A stretch of DNA of 64,000 nt from Candidatus Thorarchaeota archaeon (GTDB taxonomy: Archaea; Asgardarchaeota; Thorarchaeia; Thorarchaeales; Thorarchaeaceae). The first letter of the stretch is position 1; every line of letters begins with the position of its first letter. Positions 55,701-64,000 of the stretch are shown here, piece after piece. The stretch spans positions 12,326 to 76,325 of the forward strand of contig SDNP01000013.1 of NCBI GenBank assembly GCA_004524445.1, given 5' to 3'. A program made the position numbers and the translations under genes. The notes beneath the pieces were generated by a model that saw nothing but the letters and a program-made list of their open reading frames with translations, searched no databases and was not told where the DNA came from.

Positions 55701-57347
55701 ATGCATATGAGTGAGATACTGAAGACGAACAAATACGTTCTGACAGTCTTTGTCCTGACCATAGTAATAGCTGGAATGACCTTTGGGAACCTTCCGGGGC
55801 CAGCGACGCCCACTACGGTTCAGACAATTGACGGCATAACCTATGATTTCAATGACTACAAATCAATAAATCACGAACAATTAGCACTTTTCAACTATCT
55901 CAACACAATCGTTAGTAGCGATTATCAAGGCTATGGCGAGTGGGATGGTTGGTATGCTGAGCATTATCACGGACTGCATCACTATGTCTTAGCTTTCATG
56001 GACTATGCAGTTTCATCCCTCTTCGAAACCACACCTGGATACCGTACTGATTATTATCGTGAGTTCGCCTATGATCTCATCAAGAAGATGAACACAACAG
56101 AGGAGGAATGGGGAAACAGCAGCATTGAATGGAAGGAATGGACCCACCCAGAATATAATTACGTAGATTATTACCATCCCAATGACCCAGACGATCCTGA
56201 TGCAATCTATACAGGGGGTTGGCGTGGTCCTGCCAATATCATGTGGACGGGGCACTTCGCGCTTATGGAGAGTCTCTATGAACGCAATTTCAATACTGGC
56301 GAGTTTAAGGATGAGATTAATTGGTTCGTGAATGACTGGAACAATTCTCTTCTCACAGACGGCCATGGAAACCCGAAAGATGGAGGAATCTGGGGGACCG
56401 GACTCATCCCCTGTGAACCATATATTGTATTCTCCCAATGCAACTCAATCCCGATTGTGACAACAGAACTCTATGATAGTCTCTATGGTACGCAGTACAT
56501 TGAAGGGGGTATGTGGGACTATGGCCTCAACTTCATTAACACCATCATGCAGGACCGATATGACCTGTTTATGGATGGCTATTATGTAGATAGGCCAACA
56601 TCCTCTTACTATGATACCGATCGTCTTCCTCAAGAAATACCTGGCCCTGCTATATCTCTCTACGCAGATGATGGGCGCTGTAAGGTATCATCCTATAACA
56701 ACGGTTGGGCACTCGCTTTTCTGCAACATATTCAACCCGAGGAAACATTGCATGACTATCCAATCTTCTTAGAGCATTTCATGAAAGATATATCCGGAGA
56801 TATGGCTTACATGATGGACACATACAACAACCCCGATGGCTTTGGTACCTATGACATTCTTGGTACTATGTTCACTATGCACCTTGCCAACCAGATGGGG
56901 GATTATGTGACTAGAAACCGACTTGTGAATTTCCTCTATAGCTCGTTCAACAAAGTATGGTCGGAAGATGGACGCGAACTGCATTACGACACAATGGACC
57001 TCGAACCGTTTCTTCAGCCAGTTATGGCATTTGGTTCCATATGGGCACATGCTCCAGTGACAATAATGGATTTGGCTGATGCTCGCCATGCAGGATTCTG
57101 GGAATTTCCATATATCAGCGAGGCAGATGACAGCAAAATCTGGGTCTATCAAGCTCAATGGGATCCTGAAAAGGAGGGATTCATCCTCAATATACAAGTA
57201 GACCAACCAGCAACTCTCGTGTTTAGTAATTTTGAATCCAGTCCAACAGCATATGCTAATGGCGTGGCTATCGGCGAATTGCTACAATTAGACTCTGGAC
57301 ACCAGCTTTCTCTAGAAGAAGGCAGCTACCTCTTGGTGATAAAGTAG
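55701..57347 (+). CDS. Secreted linalool dehydratase/isomerase (LinD)-family protein
   Basis: Signal/anchor helix; NIMWTGH, IPCEPYIVFSQCNS, LYDSLYGTQY, SSYNNGWALAF match LinD motifs. Confidence 0.8.
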   Translation: MHMSEILKTNKYVLTVFVLTIVIAGMTFGNLPGPATPTTVQTIDGITYDFNDYKSINHEQLALFNYLNTIVSSDYQGYGEWDGWYAEHYHGLHHYVLAFMDYAVSSLFETTPGYRTDYYREFAYDLIKKMNTTEEEWGNSSIEWKEWTHPEYNYVDYYHPNDPDDPDAIYTGGWRGPANIMWTGHFALMESLYERNFNTGEFKDEINWFVNDWNNSLLTDGHGNPKDGGIWGTGLIPCEPYIVFSQCNSIPIVTTELYDSLYGTQYIEGGMWDYGLNFINTIMQDRYDLFMDGYYVDRPTSSYYDTDRLPQEIPGPAISLYADDGRCKVSSYNNGWALAFLQHIQPEETLHDYPIFLEHFMKDISGDMAYMMDTYNNPDGFGTYDILGTMFTMHLANQMGDYVTRNRLVNFLYSSFNKVWSEDGRELHYDTMDLEPFLQPVMAFGSIWAHAPVTIMDLADARHAGFWEFPYISEADDSKIWVYQAQWDPEKEGFILNIQVDQPATLVFSNFESSPTAYANGVAIGELLQLDSGHQLSLEEGSYLLVIK

Positions 57348-57359
57348 GAGGACAAAAAG

Positions 57360-57989
57360 ATGAAGGAAAATACCAATGATTCCCAACGCATCGAGTCTGA
57401 AGAGTCGGACATAGACTTGTTTGCCACTCTACAAATTGATGGCATGGAAATGTTTGCATGGACCATTGTCTATGGTTTCTTGGGTGCTGTCTTGTATATG
57501 CTGGTATCTCTTATTCCAATGCCATATACCATGGTCTCCCTGTTCAAGTTCGGCCTTCTGCCCTCTATTTCAATAGTAGCGATCACGGGTGCAATACGTG
57601 GTCCCCTCGCGGGATTTCTGTCGGGTTATATAGGAGTCTTAATCTACGACTGGATATCTTATGGTCTGGTAGTAACCCTAACACTGCCGGCCATGGCTTT
57701 TGGTGTAACAGGTTTTGTTGTAGGTATGGCATCGTACCGTTTTGACACAGGACGTTCTCTGGCAAAACTATCGGTGCTATCAATGATTGGGTTTGTCTTC
57801 ACAACCCTCTTGGTAGTTGTCATTGGACTCATAGTGGAAGGCTATGCTACGATGGCAGCAATTGGGTTTGTCATGTTGCCAATGTTGACACTGGGATTAC
57901 CCTCGGCATTTCTGTTGCCACCTATTCTTGCAGCTGGCTGGCAAGTCATCACATCAAAAATCATACCATCAGCCATTCCTGAGAGGTGA
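57360..57989 (+). CDS. ECF transporter S-component
   Basis: GAIRGPLAGFLSGYIG..IYD, about 5-6 TMs; 12 nt after the LinD-like gene, own GGAGG SD. Confidence 0.8.
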   Translation: MKENTNDSQRIESEESDIDLFATLQIDGMEMFAWTIVYGFLGAVLYMLVSLIPMPYTMVSLFKFGLLPSISIVAITGAIRGPLAGFLSGYIGVLIYDWISYGLVVTLTLPAMAFGVTGFVVGMASYRFDTGRSLAKLSVLSMIGFVFTTLLVVVIGLIVEGYATMAAIGFVMLPMLTLGLPSAFLLPPILAAGWQVITSKIIPSAIPER

Positions 57990-58036
57990 TTCAAGGGGGC
58001 CATTGGGCCCCCGCATCTATTTTTGCAAATGAAATA

Positions 58037-58462
58037 CTATTTATCTTGGCACTCTGGGCAGATACCCTCTATATTGAATGTACTATTTTCGGGAAGAAAG
58101 TTTCTTTCCTCCGCAATTTGAGTGACCAGAGCCTTGATACTTTGAGATTCGTGGTCTATGATTTTTCCACATTTCTTGCAGACTAAGTGAACATGAAGAT
58201 TGATAGTAGGATCGTATCTTATCCCACCCTCGGTCGTTGCGAGTTCTTGAGCCAAACCAATATGTGAAAATAGCTGCAATGCCTTGTAGACGGTGGCTAG
58301 GCTGATTGAAGGATCCTGTTCCTGAGCGTACTCATAAATCTCTGCCACTGTGGGATGGGACCCTGCATTCCACAAGGCCTCATAAATCAAAATTCTCTGA
58401 TAGGTGGCCCTATGGCCGCTATCCCTAATTGTTTCTGCTATCTCTTCTCTATCTACAGCCAT
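58037..58462 (-). CDS. Fur/PerR-family transcriptional repressor
   Basis: RATYQR, HPTVAEIY, SLATVYKAL, HVHLVCKKCG, CPEC. Confidence 0.93.
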   Translation of the reverse strand: MAVDREEIAETIRDSGHRATYQRILIYEALWNAGSHPTVAEIYEYAQEQDPSISLATVYKALQLFSHIGLAQELATTEGGIRYDPTINLHVHLVCKKCGKIIDHESQSIKALVTQIAEERNFLPENSTFNIEGICPECQDK

Positions 58463-58514
58463 TGCAGGTTGTTGATGGTGCCCAAACAAATAAAGATATT
58501 CTTTACGGAAAGCA

Positions 58515-58530
58515 ATTATCTATAGATAAT
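58515..58530. promoter_or_regulatory. Putative Fur/PerR operator
   Basis: Perfect AT-rich palindrome ATTATCTA-TAGATAAT between the divergent fur/perR and peroxiredoxin genes. Confidence 0.6.
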
Positions 58531-58669
58531 AAGACTTAAATAATAGTGATTATTGATAAATAACAAGTTAACAAACTTGAAGAACCTACAATTTGACGGC
58601 ATGAAAATGGGAGTGGGGGACCAAGTTTGTTGAAATCAAGATAAAATGTCTATCAAGGAGAATAGAATT

Positions 58670-59326
58670 ATGGAAGAAGCACAAACCGTAGAAAAGAGAA
58701 TGCTATTAATTGGTGAGGAGGTTCCAGATTTTGAAACGGAAACCACTCATGGCCCAATCAAGTTTAGCGAATGGGCAAAGGACAGCTGGGTAATCCTGTT
58801 TTCACATCCCGCTGATTTCACTCCGGTCTGCACCACGGAATTCATGGCATTTCAAGACATCTACCCGGAATTGAAGAAGCGAAATGTGAAGCTAATTGGA
58901 TTGAGCATTGACAGCCTTTATTCGCATATCTCATGGGTCAGAACAATAAAAGAGAAGCTGGGCAAAGACATCGAGTTTCCAATTATTGAAGATCTCAGCA
59001 TGGACGTAGCCAGGAAATATGGGATGATCCATCCAGCCGAGAATGCTACAGCTGCAGTCCGAGCAGTCTTTTTCATTGATCCGGAATTCAAACTCAGGGC
59101 ATTAATCTACTACCCACTTAGCAATGGGCGAAATATGCAGGAATTCCTCAGAATCATTGACGCATTCCAGACAAGCGACAAACACAAAGTAGCGACACCG
59201 GCAAACTGGCAGCCTGGAGACGCAGTTATTGTTCCGCCGCCCAAGACCCAAGCAGATGCAGAGAAGCGACTCAAAGAAGGTTATGACTGCGCAGATTGGT
59301 TCTTCTGCAAGAAGACAATCGAGTAA
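58670..59326 (+). CDS. Peroxiredoxin (Prx6/archaeal type)
   Basis: FSHPADFTPVCTTEF, YYP..NGRN, TPANW, DWFFC. Confidence 0.95.
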   Translation: MEEAQTVEKRMLLIGEEVPDFETETTHGPIKFSEWAKDSWVILFSHPADFTPVCTTEFMAFQDIYPELKKRNVKLIGLSIDSLYSHISWVRTIKEKLGKDIEFPIIEDLSMDVARKYGMIHPAENATAAVRAVFFIDPEFKLRALIYYPLSNGRNMQEFLRIIDAFQTSDKHKVATPANWQPGDAVIVPPPKTQADAEKRLKEGYDCADWFFCKKTIE

Positions 59327-59346
59327 ATATTTGAATACAAAATCCC

Positions 59347-59390
59347 GAGGAACGTGGGCTCTTTCCACGATCCTCTTTCTACTTTCTTTT
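59347..59390 (+). terminator. Hairpin + U-rich terminator after the peroxiredoxin
   Basis: GAGG-AA-CGTGG-N7-CCACG-AT-CCTC followed by TTTTACTTTCTTTT. Confidence 0.5.
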
Positions 59391-59516
59391 GATTCAATTT
59401 GAATATACAGAGCTAGTTCGACAAATGCCTAAATGGGCATCGGCGCTCTCAACATATTTATAGCCTCCTCTTGACCCTGTGAGAGTCGACCTTTATTCAT
59501 AGGAGGAATCAGAAAA

Positions 59517-60323
59517 ATGGTATTCAATCCACTCGGGCCTGATTTACAGGTATTATGGGATATAGTCGCCTTTTTCATCTCGTTCATCTTGGTATTACTT
59601 GTTGTTCAAATAAACGGAGCTATTGAGAAGAGCGGTAAGTTATCGGCAGATGTCACCAGAAAGATTGTACACATCTTTGCAGCCCCAGTGTTCTTAGGAT
59701 CTTGGATTCTTTTCTCCGGCGGAGTGTTTAGTAGGTGGATAGCAGCAACTGTACCACTGATGTTTGTTTTACTCTTTGTTGCTATTGGAACCGGGAAAAT
59801 GGTCAATGAGGCATTTGTTGGCTCGATGTCACGTACTGGTGATCCTAGAGAGTTGTTAGGTGGAACGCTGTACTATTCAATCATGCTAGTAGTTGTCACC
59901 CTCTTCTGGTTCTACGCTCCCGTTACTGGAATCGGTAATGCTGTTCCCACAGCATTCATTATATTTGGATGCGTGGCTGGAGGAGATGGTCTTGCAGATG
60001 TGATAGGCCGTAAATATGGGGGCACGCAAAAGTTTGGAATTGGCGGAGCTGAACGCACAGTGGTTGGCTCTGTAGCAATGTTCGTGGGCTCATTCCTGTT
60101 TAGTTATACCTTAGTCGCAATATTCTCCATCGAAGTACCCTCTTTCAATATTGTTGCATTACTTATCCCCATCTTGATACTAAGTTTAGTGGCTACATTC
60201 ACTGAAGCCCTCTCTCCGAAAGGACTCGATAATTGGACAGTGCCAATCTCAGTCATTATCGTGATTGTGTTATTCACCTTTTTGATTCCGAGTTGGTGGC
60301 CCTTTCCCCTCCTAACAATATAA
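59517..60323 (+). CDS. CTP-dependent phytol/farnesol/dolichol kinase-family membrane protein
   Basis: TRKIVHI, SRTGDPRELLGGTLYY, GGDGLADVIGRKYG, GLDNWTVP (VTE5/DGK1/SEC59 superfamily). Confidence 0.85.
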   Translation: MVFNPLGPDLQVLWDIVAFFISFILVLLVVQINGAIEKSGKLSADVTRKIVHIFAAPVFLGSWILFSGGVFSRWIAATVPLMFVLLFVAIGTGKMVNEAFVGSMSRTGDPRELLGGTLYYSIMLVVVTLFWFYAPVTGIGNAVPTAFIIFGCVAGGDGLADVIGRKYGGTQKFGIGGAERTVVGSVAMFVGSFLFSYTLVAIFSIEVPSFNIVALLIPILILSLVATFTEALSPKGLDNWTVPISVIIVIVLFTFLIPSWWPFPLLTI

Positions 60324-60337
60324 GCTGGTGAACGCCC

Positions 60338-61156
60338 ATGAGCAATGACTTAACTGTGCTCAAATTGGGCGGTTCTCTGCTTACAGACAAATCCAAGCCT
60401 TATACTCCTAGAATGGCAGTCATGAAGTCTGTTTGTGAAGAGATACGCCAGTGCATAAATGATGAATTACTGGGTTCATTGATACTGATTCAGGGAGTCG
60501 GTTCATTCGGGCATCCTCCAGTTCTCGAACACCATCTTCACATGGGATTCAAAGGTCCCAAGCAATTACTGCCTCTTTCTGACACACAATCCACTGTAGG
60601 AAAGTTTCGGGCAATGCTGGTTGAACAACTCCAACAAGCGGATATTCCGGTTTGTCTTATGTACCCATCATCGATGGTGGTGGCAGAGAGAATGAAAATG
60701 ACTCGATACTTCTTTGAACCGCTGCGTGGTTTCTTATCCATTGGAATGGTCCCATTATTGGGAGGCGATATTCTGATTGATTCAGTGATGGGATTCACCG
60801 TGGGAAGTGGTGACCAACTGGCTGTCCTCATAGCCAAGGAACTCAAAGCTAAGAAGATTATTTTTGCTTCAGATGTCGCGGGCATATTCGACTCAGATCC
60901 CAAGACCAATCCCGATGCCGAACTCTATTCTGAGATAGATATTGGAGAGGTTGAGAGGACCGTAGAAGAGATGGGCAAGTCAACCGTAATTGATGCAAGT
61001 GGCGCAATGAAAGGAAAACTGAAGTCTCTCATCCCTGCAAGACCCTTGCTTGAGGCGGGCCTTGAAGTTTCGATACTCTCGATGATGGAATCTGGGAACC
61101 TAGCAGACTATCTGAAGGGAAACACATCTACATCAACCCAGATTGTCAGTCGATAA
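60338..61156 (+). CDS. ipk: Isopentenyl phosphate kinase
   Basis: VLKLGGSLLTDK, GVGSFGH, VPLLGGD, SGDQ, DASGAMKGK. Confidence 0.88.
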   Translation: MSNDLTVLKLGGSLLTDKSKPYTPRMAVMKSVCEEIRQCINDELLGSLILIQGVGSFGHPPVLEHHLHMGFKGPKQLLPLSDTQSTVGKFRAMLVEQLQQADIPVCLMYPSSMVVAERMKMTRYFFEPLRGFLSIGMVPLLGGDILIDSVMGFTVGSGDQLAVLIAKELKAKKIIFASDVAGIFDSDPKTNPDAELYSEIDIGEVERTVEEMGKSTVIDASGAMKGKLKSLIPARPLLEAGLEVSILSMMESGNLADYLKGNTSTSTQIVSR

Positions 61157-61163
61157 GCAGCTT

Positions 61164-62378
61164 TCATTCGGCACTTCTCAATACGCTATGATAGGTTTCT
61201 AGTAGAGAGTCCACATGGTGCTGTATGTCAAATCGTTTCTCTACAGTATTTCTGGCGCATTGACCTATTTTCTCCCTCAATTCTGCATCTTCTAGCAGCA
61301 GATTGACCGCCCGCACAATCGCATCAGTATCTGCAGAATCCACCATGATGCCATCAACTCCAGCGGTGATTATTTCTCGGGGCCCATATCTATTGGAGGT
61401 GACCACTGGAGTTTTGCATGCCATCGCTTCAACAATCGAGAGCCCAAATGGTTCTCTCTTGGATGGATACAGGAAGACTCTGGACAAATTCAGGATATTT
61501 GGTATTTCTTTGGCAGGAATAATCCCCAAATGATCAACTGTGTTGCCTAATTTCCGTTTCTTGAACTCGTCAAATAGAAACTGCTTTTGTGAACCCTCCC
61601 CCGTCATAACAAACCTGAGCACGCCTCGTATTGCCTTGAGCTTGGATAGAACATCCGGGAAGAGATGAACAGACTTCATATCTTCTAATCTTCCCATGTA
61701 GGCCAAATCCCACTTCTCTTCAGTCTTCTGCGGATTGAAGACATCCAAATTGATGCCCAAATACTGTCTCTTAATGGGTAGGATAGCACCACGCTTTCTA
61801 GCCTGCTTTTTTAAAGCAGTTTTGACAGTATCACTAACAGCCAAGATCAGGTCAAAGGGCAAGGCACGGAAAAGCATCTCATAGTCTGTGGTTTCTTCCC
61901 CGCTAGGCAGTATAAGCGGTTTGGGCAATCCATGAACAGTGAGGATGACGGGTGGCAGGTCGTTGCCATACTGTGCTGCAATTTGGGTCAAAACGTGATT
62001 GAACACAACATACGTGCTATGGCAGTGAATCAAATGGGGCTGTTTCTTATCAATGAGTTGCCACAGTTCAGCTGCAAGTTTTTCGATATTCTCTTCCAAA
62101 TCGTTTTGGTTGAAGTATTCATCAACCAATGAATCTCGTTTCTCTGCTGGATGCGCAAGAAACTCCCATTTTCTTGCCTCGAGTAAGTTACCACGAAGGT
62201 GATGAATCTCAGAAGGACCTTGGGGTTCACTCAGCGGCAAGCTTCTGCTTGATGCTTGCGTTACTATCTCTGTATCGTGCTCTCTTTTGCGGAATTCCAG
62301 TGATAGATAGTGGAGGTAGCTCTCATAGCCTCCAATTCCTGCGGGATTTATACTATCACAAACATGTAGAATCCGCAT
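61164..62378 (-). CDS. GT4-family glycosyltransferase
   Basis: GGYE, GRL, EPFGLSIVEAMAC. Confidence 0.92.
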   Translation of the reverse strand: MRILHVCDSINPAGIGGYESYLHYLSLEFRKREHDTEIVTQASSRSLPLSEPQGPSEIHHLRGNLLEARKWEFLAHPAEKRDSLVDEYFNQNDLEENIEKLAAELWQLIDKKQPHLIHCHSTYVVFNHVLTQIAAQYGNDLPPVILTVHGLPKPLILPSGEETTDYEMLFRALPFDLILAVSDTVKTALKKQARKRGAILPIKRQYLGINLDVFNPQKTEEKWDLAYMGRLEDMKSVHLFPDVLSKLKAIRGVLRFVMTGEGSQKQFLFDEFKKRKLGNTVDHLGIIPAKEIPNILNLSRVFLYPSKREPFGLSIVEAMACKTPVVTSNRYGPREIITAGVDGIMVDSADTDAIVRAVNLLLEDAELREKIGQCARNTVEKRFDIQHHVDSLLETYHSVLRSAE

Positions 62379-62475
62379 CTATCTAACCTTCTTAACAAAG
62401 ATGAGTTATTCCGAAACTTAATCTTTGTTGCAGATTGATGACCAAGGTAAGCAATGAACAAGGTATGTATCAAGA

Positions 62476-63528
62476 ATGCAGTTCCGTGACCGTGATATCA
62501 TCAGAGACTACTCTAATCGCATCTATGTGGTTCTAGGTCATATTCAGCCTGATTCCCAAGTCATTTGTTTTCTGAAGTACGTTCCCAGTCCAAATGGCAA
62601 ATGGAAACAGGGTAATGAGTCCTTTGAGAGAGTGTTTTGGGGAGGAGTGCAATCAGTTGACACGGGAAAAGATTTGGTGCCCCCAGACTTCATCAAGAAT
62701 GATATGCATTTTGGAACAGAACTCCTAGAAGTTCCTGTGTCTATGATAAAGAAACATTATCAACCGGAGGAAAGATTGGCGTCTATATTGGCTGCAGAGT
62801 TCAATGATCAACTAGAACAATCCGTGAAGGCAACTGCTATCGCAATCAATCAGTCCCTTGAGATTGGATTAGAATCTCTGGGTGTTGCAGGCAGCATTCT
62901 CTGGCAGGCCCATAATACTAGTTTCTCAGATATCAACATGAACGTATACGGTTTTGAGAATTCCAAAAAGCTACAGGAAAGATTGGGTCGGGTTGCAGAA
63001 GCCAGTCCAGATATCCGTACCCGAAGAAAGAATGAATGGAAAAATGCGATATCCAGAGTAATTCAGAGAATCCCGTGCTTGTCACACTCTGATTTGGAAC
63101 TGCTCTTTTCTAGGCGAAAGGCAATTTTTCATAAAGACAGGTGCATAGGTATTTCTCCCATTTTGTATCCCAATGAGTCGCCAATTCCATACGATTCAGA
63201 GATATACAAGACAGTCTCACCTGATCCAATCCATGTAAAGATGTATATCGAAAAAGACGAGCACGGCATATTTCACCCAGCATTATATCTAGGTGAGTCA
63301 GAGCCAGTGACGATGGCTGATAATGGGCAGATTACTCGCATAATGGTATACGATGGAGCTTTCGGAGGAGTTATCCGAAAAGGAGATTCAGTCGAGGTAT
63401 CAGGCACGCTTCAAGAAGTTCAAGCAGTGAAGGAAGGCAAAATCACGGGAAATCAAAAGAGATTCTACCAGCTGATGGTAGGTACAGTTGATGGTGCTGG
63501 AAAGGAGTTCATTCGGTTAAGTGAATGA
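62476..63528 (+). CDS. Predicted archaeal nucleotidyltransferase-domain protein
   Basis: FRDRD, FLKYVP, LGVAGSIL...SDINMNVYG, C-terminal OB-like GDSVEVSG. Confidence 0.7.
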   Translation: MQFRDRDIIRDYSNRIYVVLGHIQPDSQVICFLKYVPSPNGKWKQGNESFERVFWGGVQSVDTGKDLVPPDFIKNDMHFGTELLEVPVSMIKKHYQPEERLASILAAEFNDQLEQSVKATAIAINQSLEIGLESLGVAGSILWQAHNTSFSDINMNVYGFENSKKLQERLGRVAEASPDIRTRRKNEWKNAISRVIQRIPCLSHSDLELLFSRRKAIFHKDRCIGISPILYPNESPIPYDSEIYKTVSPDPIHVKMYIEKDEHGIFHPALYLGESEPVTMADNGQITRIMVYDGAFGGVIRKGDSVEVSGTLQEVQAVKEGKITGNQKRFYQLMVGTVDGAGKEFIRLSE

Positions 63529-63566
63529 TATTCCAGAAAGATATTATGAAAAGGCTAGTATAGACG

Positions 63567-64000
63567 ATGAAATCGAATCAAACAAGTCAAAAAATGCCCT
63601 ATGTATGTGTTGAGAAAAAACACGGTGAAGAAATACGGAGAGCACTTCTTGAACACGACCTTCTGAATCCTGCATTTCGTATCATCTCAAAGGATAACAG
63701 ATTGTATTTCCCCCTCAAGAGGAATCATGAAACAGCTGAAAGACTGCTTCTTCTAAGTCCGCGCTCACTTACCTTTGGCACAAGAAGGTTCGAAGAAATC
63801 GTTACGCCCCCCTCATCTCTACCTGACGCCTTGAAGGGCTATCTCTCTCAGGACGAGTTGGAAATGATTCCGCGCGCGTACGATTTAGTTGGGGATATTG
63901 CAGTACTTGAGGTCCCAGAAGAACTTGATGCAGTTAAAGAGCAAATTGGGAGGCACTTCTTGAAAATTCACCCGAATTTTGAAACCGTTTTGAATAAGAA
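63567..64000 (+). CDS. Trm5/Taw2-family tRNA methyltransferase (runs off the window)
   Basis: Translated by hand: GEEIRRALLEHDLL...LYFPL...IPRAYDLVGDIAVL. Confidence 0.82.
   Translation, partial: MKSNQTSQKMPYVCVEKKHGEEIRRALLEHDLLNPAFRIISKDNRLYFPLKRNHETAERLLLLSPRSLTFGTRRFEEIVTPPSSLPDALKGYLSQDELEMIPRAYDLVGDIAVLEVPEELDAVKEQIGRHFLKIHPNFETVLNK

Noticed and set aside
59347-59375. Hairpin with a GAA/A internal loop after the peroxiredoxin, resembling an archaeal SECIS
   Set aside because: The prx has Cys codons and no in-frame TGA, and the following U-tract fits a terminator better.
1-64000. CRISPR arrays, IS elements, integrases at tRNA 3' ends, rRNA
   Set aside because: No repeat-spacer periodicity, transposase/integrase ORFs, tRNA-end duplications or rRNA-like tracts were seen by eye. 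The many antisense ORFs in the track shadow real genes.

Overview
Mostly core chromosome of an Asgard archaeon, probably Thorarchaeia. This taxonomy is inferred from archaeal informational genes plus eukaryote-signature proteins (Arf-like GTPase, OSTC/DC2-like and PAC4-like proteins, eukaryote-like STT3). The window holds translation/transcription clusters (aIF5B, L24e/S28e/L7Ae; RpoD-L18e-L13-S9-RpoN-S2; L44e-S27e-aIF2a-Nop10), a replication/repair block (Lhr, RPA, PolD DP2, RadB, XPD, TopA), archaeal lipid genes (EgsA, CarS, modified mevalonate pathway MVK/AcnX/UbiD, IPK), pterin/C1 genes (MptE, FolP, GcvT/H, GlyA), SRP RNA and three tRNAs. Two tRNAs carry two and three introns. No mobile element, CRISPR array or rRNA was seen. 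Best leads: (1) a candidate terpene/prenyl-alcohol salvage locus (secreted linalool dehydratase/isomerase homologue + ECF S-component, then a phytol/dolichol-kinase-like protein + IPK); (2) dispersed parts of a eukaryote-like OST-translocon, including an unannotated 39-aa OST4-like micropeptide, a DC2/OSTC-type subunit and a Wbp1-like GIFT protein ending KKxx; (3) related ~30-nt introns at non-canonical sites of two different tRNAs; (4) a k-turn over the L7Ae Shine-Dalgarno and a long hairpin leader on the rpoD operon. All homology calls come from motif recognition by eye; no database searches were run.
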